Shown one piece after another: positions 55,194 through 64,000 of a stretch of 64,000 bases of DNA. Position 1 is the stretch's first letter. Each line of letters opens with the position of its first letter. Under the pieces are notes generated by a model. The model did no database searches. It had not been told where the DNA came from and saw only the letters and a list, made by a program, of their open reading frames with translations. A program made the translations under genes and the position numbers. This stretch comes from Gammaproteobacteria bacterium (GTDB lineage Bacteria; Pseudomonadota; Gammaproteobacteria; S012-40), in the NCBI GenBank assembly GCA_015487785.1, contig WFPC01000041.1:31592-95591 (forward strand). Reading direction: 5' to 3'.

Positions 55194-55403
55194 GTGATGG
55201 TCGTGTCGCGTACCCTGATCATCATCGGCGCGGTGTTGGTGTTGTTGGGGCTGTTGTGGCCGTGGATCCAGAAACTGGGCCTGGGTCGACTGCCCGGTGA
55301 TATCGTGGTGGAGCGGGAAAACGTGCGTTTCTATTTCCCCATTGTCACCTCCATCATCATCAGCATCGTGCTCACCCTGCTGTTCTGGTTGTTTCGACGC
55401 TGA
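55194..55403 (+). CDS. DUF2905-like small 2-TM membrane protein
   Basis: The 69-aa product has two hydrophobic helices with the LPGDI motif between them. Confidence 0.5.
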   Translation: MMVVSRTLIIIGAVLVLLGLLWPWIQKLGLGRLPGDIVVERENVRFYFPIVTSIIISIVLTLLFWLFRR

Positions 55404-56509
55404 TGCCCGCGCTCGATTACCTGGCCGCGCCCGGTGAGGCGGTGACGCGCATGGATGCCGTGCGGGTTCGTCGACGCGGCGTCGAGCTGGGCTGGGTGGT
55501 GCCGCGGACGCGGGATGTCACCGACCATACCTGTCTGGCCCGGCACTGGGCGGCGGCCCGGCCCATCTACCTGGCGGATTTCGTTACCGCCGAAGTGGCC
55601 GAACATGGCGAGCACATTGCCCAGGCTCTGGCGCTGATGGAGGCGGTGCTGGCCGAGGCGGATCTCGAAGACGTGCTCCATGCCCCTCCCTATGATGCGC
55701 GACTGGCGCCCGATTTCCGCCTGCTGCCGGCCGGTATAGACACCGGTGACGCGCAGGAGATCCTGCGCCTGGACTTCGATGCCTACGCCGGCGAGCGGTT
55801 ACTGGCCGAGGACCTGTGGGTGAAGCTCTCATGGTTGTCCTTTCACCCCGATGACACCTCGCTGCGTTTTCGTTTTTCCTTCGGCATCGAAGGTTATGAG
55901 AACGTGGCCGCCCATTGGGACAAGCAAAAGCTGGCGGCGCGGCTCACCGAGGCGATCTTTCCCGAGTCGGCCATCGTCAGCCGCAACAGCTTTCTACGCG
56001 GATTGCTCACCAGCATCCTGCCCGTGGACGATGTGGCCTATGTGGAACGCATCGTCTATTTCAATGCGCCCAATGGCGGCGCCCAGTTCCACCAGGACGT
56101 GGAACGGGGTCACCTGGGCGTGGTGTTCGCCCAGCTCCACGGCCGCAGTCTGTGGCTGGCCCTGTCGCGGCAGCAATTGCTGCAGGAGTTGGCGGCATTC
56201 CTGCGCACCCCGGCAGGGCATGTCGCCGGGTATCCCCGGCTGCGGGCGCTGGTGGCTGATGCGGAGGGCCTGGCGGCGGCGCTGGAGGCGGGCGACGAGG
56301 TCGTGGAAGAAGTGTTGAACCGCTCGCCGGAATTTTTTGCCCACCTGCTGCGCCAGGGCCACGGCTGGCTGCTGGAACCCGGCGATATCATCCTGCTGCC
56401 CCAGCAGAGTCAGGAACACTGTGCTTGGCACAGCGTGTTCTGCGCCGATGATTTTCCTGGCCATGCCTTGTCCTTCGCCATCCGGGAGCGGCCGGTGGAT
56501 CACCAGTAG
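55403..56509 (+). CDS. Cupin-4/JmjC-like (RoxA/YcfD-like) putative Fe(II)/2OG oxygenase
   Basis: HxD and a distal His are spaced like E. coli YcfD (QFHQDVERGHLGVVFAQLHGRSLWLAL and GDIILLP...H). The ATG overlaps the DUF2905 stop (TGATG). Confidence 0.45.
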   Translation: MPALDYLAAPGEAVTRMDAVRVRRRGVELGWVVPRTRDVTDHTCLARHWAAARPIYLADFVTAEVAEHGEHIAQALALMEAVLAEADLEDVLHAPPYDARLAPDFRLLPAGIDTGDAQEILRLDFDAYAGERLLAEDLWVKLSWLSFHPDDTSLRFRFSFGIEGYENVAAHWDKQKLAARLTEAIFPESAIVSRNSFLRGLLTSILPVDDVAYVERIVYFNAPNGGAQFHQDVERGHLGVVFAQLHGRSLWLALSRQQLLQELAAFLRTPAGHVAGYPRLRALVADAEGLAAALEAGDEVVEEVLNRSPEFFAHLLRQGHGWLLEPGDIILLPQQSQEHCAWHSVFCADDFPGHALSFAIRERPVDHQ

Positions 56510-57399
56510 AGGGTGCCGTCGACCACGAGTTCCACCGGGGTCAGCTCCGATGAACCGATGCCGCCGCTGGTATAAACCGTCACCGTGAGCTGGTCGAAAA
56601 CGAGCCGGCGGTTTTCCTCGTCCACTTCGACATCCTTACATTGGGGGTCGGGTTCGGGGTAACAGGTCAAGACGAAGCCATAGGGGCCCAGTATTTCCAC
56701 CTTGATCAGGTCGCTGAACGAGGCGCCCCGCGTGATGGCCAATTGCGTGCCGGTGCCCTGCGCATTTTCCATCCAGTTGCCAAAACCCGTTGGAGCGAGT
56801 CTTGGGATGAAGTCGAAGGCGTAGTTTTTCCCCACCAGGGTGAAGCTCAGGCGGCCCAGGCCCGCGCCACCGGCGAGAATATCGCGGGTTCGCCGGAAAT
56901 GGATCCGGGCCGTGGTCGCCGGCACCAGCGCACGCCCACCGAGCACGCTGCTGTTCAGGGTATTGAAGCGGTCCTCAAAACTTGCTGGATCGAGTGCAAA
57001 GTTCAGCTCTTGCCCGGCCAGCGCGCTGTGAAGGCTCTGGCTGATGCGGATGCCATTGGAGGGCAGGCCGTCCTCGTCGGGCGTTTGCAGAAAGCGCAGC
57101 AGGTTGGTGACATGGGGGGTGTTTTCATCCACGGCCCCGGGTACCAGGTCCAGTGGCGTGAGGGTGTCGGCGGGGGTGGTTTTGCCCAGTGATACATCGC
57201 CGACGAAGAAGCTGATCTTTTCCCCTTTGCGATAAGCGAATGTACCGTCGGCATCGGTCTTCCCGCTCAGGCTGGCAGTCTCGAAGCGGAGGCCTTCCAC
57301 CGCTGCATCGACGAATTTTCCTGTAAGTACCGCCTCGGTTTGTTCATTGCTCCCTTTCTTGTCCACACAGGCGGCCAGCAGAAGCAGGATGATGGCCAA
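56500..57399 (-). CDS. Lipoprotein of unknown function (299 aa)
   Basis: The product has a lipobox LLAAC and no motif I recognise. Confidence 0.5.
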   Translation of the reverse strand: MAIILLLLAACVDKKGSNEQTEAVLTGKFVDAAVEGLRFETASLSGKTDADGTFAYRKGEKISFFVGDVSLGKTTPADTLTPLDLVPGAVDENTPHVTNLLRFLQTPDEDGLPSNGIRISQSLHSALAGQELNFALDPASFEDRFNTLNSSVLGGRALVPATTARIHFRRTRDILAGGAGLGRLSFTLVGKNYAFDFIPRLAPTGFGNWMENAQGTGTQLAITRGASFSDLIKVEILGPYGFVLTCYPEPDPQCKDVEVDEENRRLVFDQLTVTVYTSGGIGSSELTPVELVVDGTLYW

Positions 57400-57435
57400 A
57401 AAGCGGAATTTTCCATCGGTGAAAATCTTCCCTTA

Positions 57436-57479
57436 ATAATTGCCTAATACCCCCATTATAATTGCCTAATACCCCCATT
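57436..57479. repeat. Perfect 22-bp tandem direct repeat x2 (ataattgcctaatacccccatt), with a partial third copy ataa
   Basis: Read directly from the sequence. It lies in the AT-rich gap between the AAA+SPOR gene stop and the lipoprotein gene start. Confidence 0.85.
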
Positions 57480-57513
57480 ATAAAAGAGATAAACTTGCTT
57501 TTCGGCAGCCAGG

Positions 57514-58947
57514 TCAGAGGTTTTTTTGGATTTCCCCCAGCGAGCGTATCCAGGGCTTGAGTTTTTGCAGCTCGGCCGGCAGCTTGCGGATGGCGGCCGT
57601 AGCTTCGGCGCGGCTGGGATAGAGGCCGTAGACCAGGGAATACCACGGCCTGCCCTTGCGTTGGGTGCGGAAATAGGCCGCCTTGTCACCCAGCTTGTGA
57701 CGCGCGATGAAGGCGAGGATGTTGGCTTCCCGGCCGCTGGCCACCAGTTGCAGGGTGAAGGCCTTGGGGTCCTGGCGGGCCAGCCAGGCCGCGTCCTTGA
57801 TGCCGGCCGGCCGGGCCTCGGCTGCTGGCGGCGGGGCGGGTTTGGACCTCGCCGCCGGCGGTTTTGCGGGTGCCGGGGAGGGAGCCGGCTCCGTGGTGCG
57901 CGCTTGCTTCGCTTCGCGTGGAGCCGCTTGCGCAGCCGGTGGGCGCTCGGATGGTGCCGTGGCGGGCACTTCGCTGTCCTTTGCCGGTGCGCGGACCGGT
58001 TCGGGGGGGCGGATGCTCACTGCGGCCCGGGTCGGCGGGGTCTTGGTTGCCGCATCGGTATTGGATTCGGGCGGCAGGGTCAGGGTCTGGATGCGCTGGG
58101 CATCGTCTTCGTCTTGTTCCTGCGGTGTCTGCTGGGGGCCGAACAACAGGAAGCCGGCGATGGAGATCAACAGGGCCAGGATGATCAGCTTGAAACCTCC
58201 GGCTTGAGGCCGGGGGCGTTCGCCGTTGTTTCCCCCCTGCCGGAGGATGCGGTTGGCCTGGTTGTTGATGCGGGGGATATAGCCCTTGCTGTGCTGGTAG
58301 ATTTCGCGCAAGACCTTGCCCGTGAAGGGCTTGGCATCTTGCTTCATGTGGCGCAGGATGTGGTGTACGTATTCGGCGGTATCGGCCTCGGAGAGGGGTT
58401 CCAGGCTCAGCATGATCAGGGCCTGGTCTTCGTCGTCGCCGGGGTCCAGGGCCTGGTTGACTTCGGGGCTGAGCTGGCGACCGAACAGCACCACGCGCAA
58501 TTCGCCGCCACTGGCCTGGCGCAGCCGGGTGATGAATTGCAGTACCTCCCCGGCCATCTGGTCGCTGTTGTCCACCACCAGAAGGGGAATGGCGCCCCCT
58601 TGTCTGAGGGCGTCGATCGCGCCGAGGAGTTGTTCGGCCGAGGTGATGTTGTCGAGCTGCCAGGCCTGTTGCAGTTGCCTGAGCAGTTGCTCGGCGCTGC
58701 GGCAGAAATGGGCGTCGACAATGGCCACCCGCCAGTTGGGTTTGCGGGTCTTGATGAAGCGTTGCTTGAGCAGGGAGGTCTTGCCGGTGCCGGGTTCACC
58801 ACTGATGAACAGGGTCAGGCGGGTGAACTCGATCAGGTGGGCCAGTTTTTTCAGCAGTTCATCGCGGGCGGCATCAGCGAAGAAGGCCATGTCGGAGATG
58901 TTGTTGCGAAACAGCGAGGTTTTTGGGACGGTGCGGGTGCTTGCCAT
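57514..58947 (-). CDS. ExeA/MshM-like AAA ATPase with Pro/Ala-rich linker and C-terminal SPOR domain (DamX-position protein)
   Basis: Start is taken at MASTRTV. The product has Walker A ISGEPGTGKTSLL, a low-complexity P/A/E-rich linker and a C-terminal SPOR-like domain (FTLQLVASGREANILAFIAR...PWYSLVYGLYPSRAEATAAIRKLP). Confidence 0.75.
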   Translation of the reverse strand: MASTRTVPKTSLFRNNISDMAFFADAARDELLKKLAHLIEFTRLTLFISGEPGTGKTSLLKQRFIKTRKPNWRVAIVDAHFCRSAEQLLRQLQQAWQLDNITSAEQLLGAIDALRQGGAIPLLVVDNSDQMAGEVLQFITRLRQASGGELRVVLFGRQLSPEVNQALDPGDDEDQALIMLSLEPLSEADTAEYVHHILRHMKQDAKPFTGKVLREIYQHSKGYIPRINNQANRILRQGGNNGERPRPQAGGFKLIILALLISIAGFLLFGPQQTPQEQDEDDAQRIQTLTLPPESNTDAATKTPPTRAAVSIRPPEPVRAPAKDSEVPATAPSERPPAAQAAPREAKQARTTEPAPSPAPAKPPAARSKPAPPPAAEARPAGIKDAAWLARQDPKAFTLQLVASGREANILAFIARHKLGDKAAYFRTQRKGRPWYSLVYGLYPSRAEATAAIRKLPAELQKLKPWIRSLGEIQKNL

Positions 58948-58949
58948 GC

Positions 58950-59201
58950 TCAGCTTCCTGTTTGGCCCTGGACGAAGACCACCTGGTAACCGCGCCGAGC
59001 CTGCTGGTCGCGGGTTTGCTGCAGGGCTTGCTGGGCGGCGTCCAGGTCGTCGTAGTGTTCGTGCTTGACCCGCCCGGCGGAGCCCACCTGGCCCCATTCC
59101 TTGACCAGGATCCAGCCACTGATGAGGTCGCGTTCCAGGCAGATCTGGTAGAAGCGAGGCGCCTGATCCGGCAGGGGTGGGGTTTGCATGTAGATGCGCA
59201 T
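58950..59201 (-). CDS. Stand-alone WGR-domain protein (83 aa)
   Basis: The product contains RFYQICLERDLISGWILVKEWGQVGSAGRVKHEHYDDLDAAQQALQQTRDQQARRGY, which matches the recalled WGR consensus. It is tightly packed between dgt and the AAA+SPOR gene. Confidence 0.6.
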   Translation of the reverse strand: MRIYMQTPPLPDQAPRFYQICLERDLISGWILVKEWGQVGSAGRVKHEHYDDLDAAQQALQQTRDQQARRGYQVVFVQGQTGS

Positions 59202-59206
59202 GGCGG

Positions 59207-60358
59207 TCAGGTGAGTCGCAGGGGTTCGAATAAACGTTGGTGTTCGGTGATGGCGTAGCGGTCGGTCATGCCGGCGATGTAGTCGGAAACGATACGTGCC
59301 CGGCCGGCCTCGCCTTGCTGTCGCTCGGCCCGGCGGGCACGTTCGGCGTGCTCTCGCGGCAACAGCCTGATATCGTCCATGAAGGCGTTGAACAGATCCC
59401 GGATGATGCGCTTGGCCTTGTTGCTCATGCGGTAGACCCGGTAGTGAGAATACAGGTTTTCCCGCAGGAAGCGCTTGAGCTGCTGGTTGCCCTGGGCCAC
59501 CTGCTCGCTGAATCCGATGAGCATGTGCTTTTGTTGGCGCACCTGTTCGATGCTCGTGGGGGCACAGTCCTGTAGCCGGCGGCGCGAGGTTTCGATGAGG
59601 TCGCACACCAGTTGGTTGATCATGCGGCGGACGATCTCGTGCACCGCGCGGCGTTCGCCCAGCCTGGGGTATTGCCCGCGCACGGCTTGGTGGTGCTGGC
59701 GGAACAGTTCCAGATCTTCCAGTTGTTCGATGTGAATGAGCCGGGCGCGAATACCATCGTCGATGTCGTGGTTGTTGTAGGCGATCTCGTCGGCCAGGTT
59801 GGCCAGTTGTGCCTCCAGGCTGGGCTGCTGGTGGTCGAGGAAGCGCCGGCCCAGCTCGCCCAGTTGGCGGGCGTGGCGTGGCGAGCAGTGTTTGAGGATG
59901 CCCTCGCGGGTCTCGAAGGTGAGGTTGAGGCCCTCGAAGTCGGCGTATTTCTCTTCTATGGTGTCCACCACGCGCAGGGATTGCAAGTTGTGCTCAAAAC
60001 CGCCGTAGTCCTTCATGCACTGGTTGAGGGCATCCTGGCCGGCATGGCCGAAGGGGGTGTGGCCGAGGTCGTGGGCCAGGGCGATGGCCTCGGTGAGGTC
60101 TTCGTTGAGTCGCAGGGCGCGGGCGATGGAGCGACCGATCTGGGCCACTTCGATGGAGTGGGTCAGGCGGGTGCGGAACAGGTCGCCTTCGTGGTTGACG
60201 AAGACCTGGGTCTTGTATTCCAGCCGCCGGAAGGCGGTGCTGTGCACGATGCGGTCACGGTCGCGCTGGTATTCGCTGCGGTAGCGGGGCGGCGGTTCGG
60301 CGTGACGCCGGCCGCGGGATCGATCTTCGTGGGCGGCATAGGGCGCCAGTTGCTGCAT
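59207..60358 (-). CDS. dgt: dGTP triphosphohydrolase-like HD-domain protein
   Basis: Start is at MQQLAPY, overlapping the aroB stop (ATGA). HD motifs [13 protein letters not shown] and [12 protein letters not shown] are present. Confidence 0.85.
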   Translation of the reverse strand: MQQLAPYAAHEDRSRGRRHAEPPPRYRSEYQRDRDRIVHSTAFRRLEYKTQVFVNHEGDLFRTRLTHSIEVAQIGRSIARALRLNEDLTEAIALAHDLGHTPFGHAGQDALNQCMKDYGGFEHNLQSLRVVDTIEEKYADFEGLNLTFETREGILKHCSPRHARQLGELGRRFLDHQQPSLEAQLANLADEIAYNNHDIDDGIRARLIHIEQLEDLELFRQHHQAVRGQYPRLGERRAVHEIVRRMINQLVCDLIETSRRRLQDCAPTSIEQVRQQKHMLIGFSEQVAQGNQQLKRFLRENLYSHYRVYRMSNKAKRIIRDLFNAFMDDIRLLPREHAERARRAERQQGEAGRARIVSDYIAGMTDRYAITEHQRLFEPLRLT

Positions 60359-61461
60359 CAGAAGGCCAGGCTCCGCTCGGTGATCGCGTGGTGGGCGTCG
60401 AGGGCGGCGCGCAGATCCTGTGGCCGGTAGTCGCTGGTGACGACCGCTTCGCCGATGCGCTTGAGCAGCACCAGGCGGATCTTGCCACCCTGGTTTTTCT
60501 TGTCGCGTGCCATCAGCTCGATAAATCGCTCGGTGCTGAGGCTGGCCGGGGCGCGGGTGGGCAGGCCGGCCTTGCCAATGAGGTTTTCGATCCGGTGCAG
60601 TTCGTCGTCGCCGATCCAGCCCAGGCGCTTGGACATTTCCGCCGCGATGATCATGCCGGTGGCCACCGCCTCGCCATGCAGCCATTGGCCGTAACCCATG
60701 CCGGTTTCTATGGCATGGCCGAAAGTGTGGCCGAGATTGAGCAGGGCACGCTGACCCGCCTCGCGTTCGTCGGCGGCCACGATGGCGGCCTTGTTGCGGC
60801 AGGAGCGCTCGATGGCATAGGCCAGCTTGTCGGGCTCGCGATCCAGCAGGGCTTGCATGTTCTCTTCCAGCCAGTCGCAGAACTCGGCGTCGCCCAGCAG
60901 ACCGTATTTGATGACCTCGGCCAGCCCGGCACTGAGTTCGCGATCGTCCAGGGTGTTGAGGGTGTCGGTATCAGCGATCACGCACCTGGGCTGGTGGAAG
61001 GCGCCGATCATGTTTTTGCCCAGTGGATGGTTGACCCCGGTCTTGCCGCCCACCGAGGAGTCCACCTGGGCCAGCAGGGTGGTGGGAATCTGGATGAAAT
61101 CCACCCCGCGCTGGTAGGTGGCCGCGGCGAAACCGGCCATGTCACCCACCACGCCACCGCCCAGGGCGATCAGGGTGCAACTGCGGTCGAAGTTCTCGCC
61201 GAGCAGTTGGTCGTAGATCAGGTTTAGGGTCTCCAGGTTCTTGTAGCGCTCGCCATCGGGCAGAAGGGTTTCGGCACAATGCAGACCCTGGAGCGCGGTG
61301 CGCACGCTCTCCATATAGAGAGGGGCGACGGTTTCGTTGCTCACGATCATCACTTGTCGTCCCTTGATATGAGGGCGGATCAGTTCGGGCCGGCGCAGCA
61401 GGCCCTGGCCGACATGGATGGGGTAACTGCGTTCGCCGAGTTCGACGGTGAGGGTTTTCAT
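60358..61461 (-). CDS. aroB: 3-dehydroquinate synthase
   Basis: The 367-aa product has full-length AroB motifs ([44 protein letters not shown]). Confidence 0.95.
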   Translation of the reverse strand: MKTLTVELGERSYPIHVGQGLLRRPELIRPHIKGRQVMIVSNETVAPLYMESVRTALQGLHCAETLLPDGERYKNLETLNLIYDQLLGENFDRSCTLIALGGGVVGDMAGFAAATYQRGVDFIQIPTTLLAQVDSSVGGKTGVNHPLGKNMIGAFHQPRCVIADTDTLNTLDDRELSAGLAEVIKYGLLGDAEFCDWLEENMQALLDREPDKLAYAIERSCRNKAAIVAADEREAGQRALLNLGHTFGHAIETGMGYGQWLHGEAVATGMIIAAEMSKRLGWIGDDELHRIENLIGKAGLPTRAPASLSTERFIELMARDKKNQGGKIRLVLLKRIGEAVVTSDYRPQDLRAALDAHHAITERSLAF

Positions 61462-61552
61462 GCTGTTTTCTGCTCGTTGGGACGGCCCGGGCGGCCGTAA
61501 ACCGGATTTGCGTTCAGGATAAGAGCAAAGCCCGGTGGCTGCAAGTTGCGGC

Positions 61553-62098
61553 TCAGGAGGTGCCGGGCCGGAGCAGGTTCCGGTTCAGCAGCTTGAGGGT
61601 TTCTCGTACTGTGTGGCCGCCGGTTTCCACCACCTGGTCGGCGATTTCGCGGTACAAAGGATCGCGTTCGCCAAGGATGTCGAGCAGTTTCTGGCGGGGG
61701 TTGTCGGTTTGCAGCAAGGGGCGGTTGCGGTCTCGGGCGGTGCGTTCCAGCAATTTGTCGATGTCGGCGCGCAGATAGACCACGTGGCCCCGCGTGGCCA
61801 GGTGGCGACGGTTCTCCGGACGCAGCACGGCGCCACCACCGGTGGCCAGCACCACCCGGTCGAGTTGGCTCAGTTCGTCGATCATGGCGGCCTCGCGTTG
61901 GCGAAAACCCTCTTCGCCCTCCAGTTCGAAGATCAACGGAATGGAGGCGCCGGTGCGTTGTTCGATTTCCTTGTCGGAATCGAGAAAACGGTAGCCCAGT
62001 GCCTGGGCCAGTTGCTGGCCGAGGGTGGTCTTGCCCACGCCCATGGGGCCGATCAAAAAGATCCGCCGGGGCGGTCTGGCGGGAAAGCGGGCTGACAT
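61553..62098 (-). CDS. aroK: Shikimate kinase
   Basis: Start is at MSARFP. The product has the P-loop GPMGVGKTT. Confidence 0.9.
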   Translation of the reverse strand: MSARFPARPPRRIFLIGPMGVGKTTLGQQLAQALGYRFLDSDKEIEQRTGASIPLIFELEGEEGFRQREAAMIDELSQLDRVVLATGGGAVLRPENRRHLATRGHVVYLRADIDKLLERTARDRNRPLLQTDNPRQKLLDILGERDPLYREIADQVVETGGHTVRETLKLLNRNLLRPGTS

Positions 62099-62460
62099 CA
62101 GGCACCTGCCGATGCTTGCGGGTCGGCGTAGAGGCGGTCGCTCTTGGCGGCCATGACGAAGTCGTTGACGTGCAGTCCCTTGATCTTGTGCGACCACCAG
62201 CGCAGGTTCACCCTTCCCCACTCCACCAGGATGGCTGGGTGGTGGAATTCGGCTTCCGCCAGCTCGCCGATGCGGTTGGCAAAGGCCAGGGCATCGACGA
62301 AGTTGTCGAATCTATAGGTGCGGCTGAGCTGGTCGATGCCGTCCACAGTCTGGATCTGCCAGTGTGGAATCTGGGGCAACAGGGTTTCGATCTCCTGTGG
62401 CGTGACGCGCGGGGCGTCGCGCCGGCAGGCTTCACAATGTTGTTCGTGCAGGGGTTTCAT
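62098..62460 (-). CDS. Pterin-4a-carbinolamine dehydratase
   Basis: The product has the PCD signature [29 protein letters not shown]. Confidence 0.85.
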   Translation of the reverse strand: MKPLHEQHCEACRRDAPRVTPQEIETLLPQIPHWQIQTVDGIDQLSRTYRFDNFVDALAFANRIGELAEAEFHHPAILVEWGRVNLRWWSHKIKGLHVNDFVMAAKSDRLYADPQASAGA

Positions 62461-62855
62461 GAGGTCTCCTGGTTTTTCTTGCCGATCAGTTCGATGGGAT
62501 AGCCGTCGGGATCTTCCACGAAGGCGATCAGGGTGGTGCCGGCATTCATGGGGCCCGGTTCGCGCAGGATTTTCCCGCCGCGCCGGCGAATGTCCGCGGC
62601 GGCCCGGTGGACGTCGTCCACCTCGATGGCGAGATGGCCAAAGCCGGTGCCCAGCTCATAATGATCCACGCCCCAGTTGTAGGTCAGCTCGATCACCGTG
62701 TGCTCGGCCTCGTCGCCATAGCCCACGAAGGCCAGGGTGAACTCGCCCTCGGGATAGTCCTTGCGGCGCAGCAGTCTCATGCCCAGCACCTCGGTATAGA
62801 AGCGGATGGAGCGGTCCAGGTCGCCCACCCGCAACATGGTGTGCAGCAATCGCAT
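62457..62855 (-). CDS. gloA: Lactoylglutathione lyase (glyoxalase I)
   Basis: The product [30 protein letters not shown]... is nearly collinear with E. coli GloA. Confidence 0.9.
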   Translation of the reverse strand: MRLLHTMLRVGDLDRSIRFYTEVLGMRLLRRKDYPEGEFTLAFVGYGDEAEHTVIELTYNWGVDHYELGTGFGHLAIEVDDVHRAAADIRRRGGKILREPGPMNAGTTLIAFVEDPDGYPIELIGKKNQETS

Positions 62856-62917
62856 GGCGCGTTCCTCGGTTTTTGACCGGCCCATCATAGTCGCTGGCGG
62901 CGGGGGAATAAAGCGCC

Positions 62918-63940
62918 TTATGGATGTCGCAGCATGGCCTGGACCACGGCGGTCCAGGCGGCAGCCAGGTTGCGGCGGTTGTAGCCGCCACCGCCCAGGG
63001 CCAGCAGGCGGCCATGGCCATGGCGTTCGGCCAGCTGGCACAGGCGCGTTGCGGCATGGGCATGCGCGGCGGCGGAGAACCGCAGGTTGGCGAGAGGGTC
63101 GCCGGCCAGGCTGTCGGCACCGCACTGCAGGATGATGAATTCCGGCGCGGCCGCGTCGAGGAAGGCCTCCATGCGCGACCAGGCCTGGAAGAAAAAGATA
63201 TCGTCGGCACCCGGCGGGGCGGGAATATTGAGCTTGCTGCCCCGTGCCGGCCCGCGGCCGCTTTCCCCGCTATCACCGGTGCCGGGATAGAGGGTGCGGC
63301 CATCCTGGTGCAAATCGGCGATGATGAGTTCGGGATCCGCTTCGTAGGCGTAGAATACGCCGTCGCCGTGGTGGGCGTCGATGTCCACATAGGCGATGCG
63401 GCGGATGCCGTATATCCGGCGCAGGGTCTCGATGGCCACGCCGCAGTCGTTGAATACGCAAAAGCCGGCGGCCGCGTCACGGCGGGCATGGTGCAGGCCG
63501 GCGATGGGCACGAAGGCGTGCCGGCAGTCGCCACCGAGCAAGCGCTCCAGTGCTTCCAGCACGCTGCCCACCACCGTGGCGGCGGCCTCGAACACGCCGG
63601 TGAAGGCCGGGGTGTCACCCCCGTCGAGCCAGCCCGAGCCTGCTTGTGAGAGGGCCTGGACGTGGACCACGTGATCTGGGCTGTGGAAGCGCTGGATTTC
63701 TTCCGTCGTGGCCTGACGCGCGGGGAGGCGGCAAATTCGCCGATCCAGGCCGGTTTGTTGCATGGCATGGACAAAACGCGTCAGGCGGTCGGCCCCGAAG
63801 GGATGGCTCGCGCCAAAGCCGTAATGGCCCAGTGTTTCATCCAGGGTGACGCAGACCGACGCGATTTTCGTGGCAAGGCCCATGGGCCGATGATAGGCCA
63901 GAGCGAGGCGCGGCGGAATAGGGGGAATAATGCTTGACAA
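62918..63940 (-). CDS. Histone deacetylase-family (acetoin utilisation AcuC/arginase-fold) protein
   Basis: The product has HDAC motifs (DIDAHHGDG and GGGGYN). Confidence 0.8.
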   Translation of the reverse strand: MSSIIPPIPPRLALAYHRPMGLATKIASVCVTLDETLGHYGFGASHPFGADRLTRFVHAMQQTGLDRRICRLPARQATTEEIQRFHSPDHVVHVQALSQAGSGWLDGGDTPAFTGVFEAAATVVGSVLEALERLLGGDCRHAFVPIAGLHHARRDAAAGFCVFNDCGVAIETLRRIYGIRRIAYVDIDAHHGDGVFYAYEADPELIIADLHQDGRTLYPGTGDSGESGRGPARGSKLNIPAPPGADDIFFFQAWSRMEAFLDAAAPEFIILQCGADSLAGDPLANLRFSAAAHAHAATRLCQLAERHGHGRLLALGGGGYNRRNLAAAWTAVVQAMLRHP

Positions 63941-64000
63941 AAACGCTTATATATTTCACAATGAGGCCATCGTGGTTAAGTACTGCGGCATGCACCGAGC

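Noticed and set aside
57436-57479. CRISPR array
   Set aside because: There are only two identical 22-bp units with no spacers and no cas genes.
57526-58989. 487-aa plus-strand ORF opposite the AAA+SPOR gene
   Set aside because: It is the antisense frame of a gene with a clear Walker A motif and SPOR domain. Its composition is G/A/L/Q-rich.

Overview
This is a high-GC (roughly 65%) chromosomal segment from a gammaproteobacterium, covering the replication-origin neighbourhood. Gene order and protein similarity identify the classic origin-proximal array. The minus strand carries dnaN (partial) and dnaA. The plus strand carries rpmH-rnpA-yidD-yidC-mnmE-mnmG-rsmG-parA-parB, then a complete F1Fo ATP synthase operon (atpZ-like, atpI, atpBEFHAGDC) and glmU-glmS. 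A long co-directional minus-strand block follows. It contains glcDEF (glycolate oxidase), a low-GC two-gene cassette (2-TM protein plus MaoC-like double-hotdog protein), a MoxR/VWA 'Bat-like' operon (moxR-DUF58-DUF4381-batA-batB), a DJ-1 gene, yibQ, ctpA, envC and gpmI. Further on are an ArsR-rhodanese-grxC-secB-gpsA cluster, trmL, a MarR-SnoaL-PNPOx mini-operon, mrcA (PBP1A), malic enzyme, rpmE, ccoG with small cytochrome/lipoprotein partners, a GGDEF cyclase, ilvA, and rpiA-DUF2905-cupin. The window ends with an aroK-aroB-dgt-WGR-AAA/SPOR operon that continues upstream through pterin dehydratase, gloA and an HDAC-family gene. No rRNA, tRNA, CRISPR array, IS element or integrase was seen. Five observations seem most worth follow-up. 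First, a 283-bp non-coding element upstream of mrcA is made of three nested perfect inverted repeats closed by 21-bp terminal inverted repeats. Second, the low-GC 2-TM plus double-hotdog cassette is wedged between the Bat operon and glcDEF. Third, a 22-bp tandem duplication lies in an AT-rich gap. Fourth, the dnaA-dnaN spacer is AT-rich and rich in DnaA boxes. Fifth, the aroKB operon has dgt, a WGR mini-protein and an ExeA-like AAA+SPOR protein in the position where E. coli has damX. All coordinates and motifs were read by eye from the sequence and ORF track. No database searches were run, so family assignments rest on recognised motifs and synteny.
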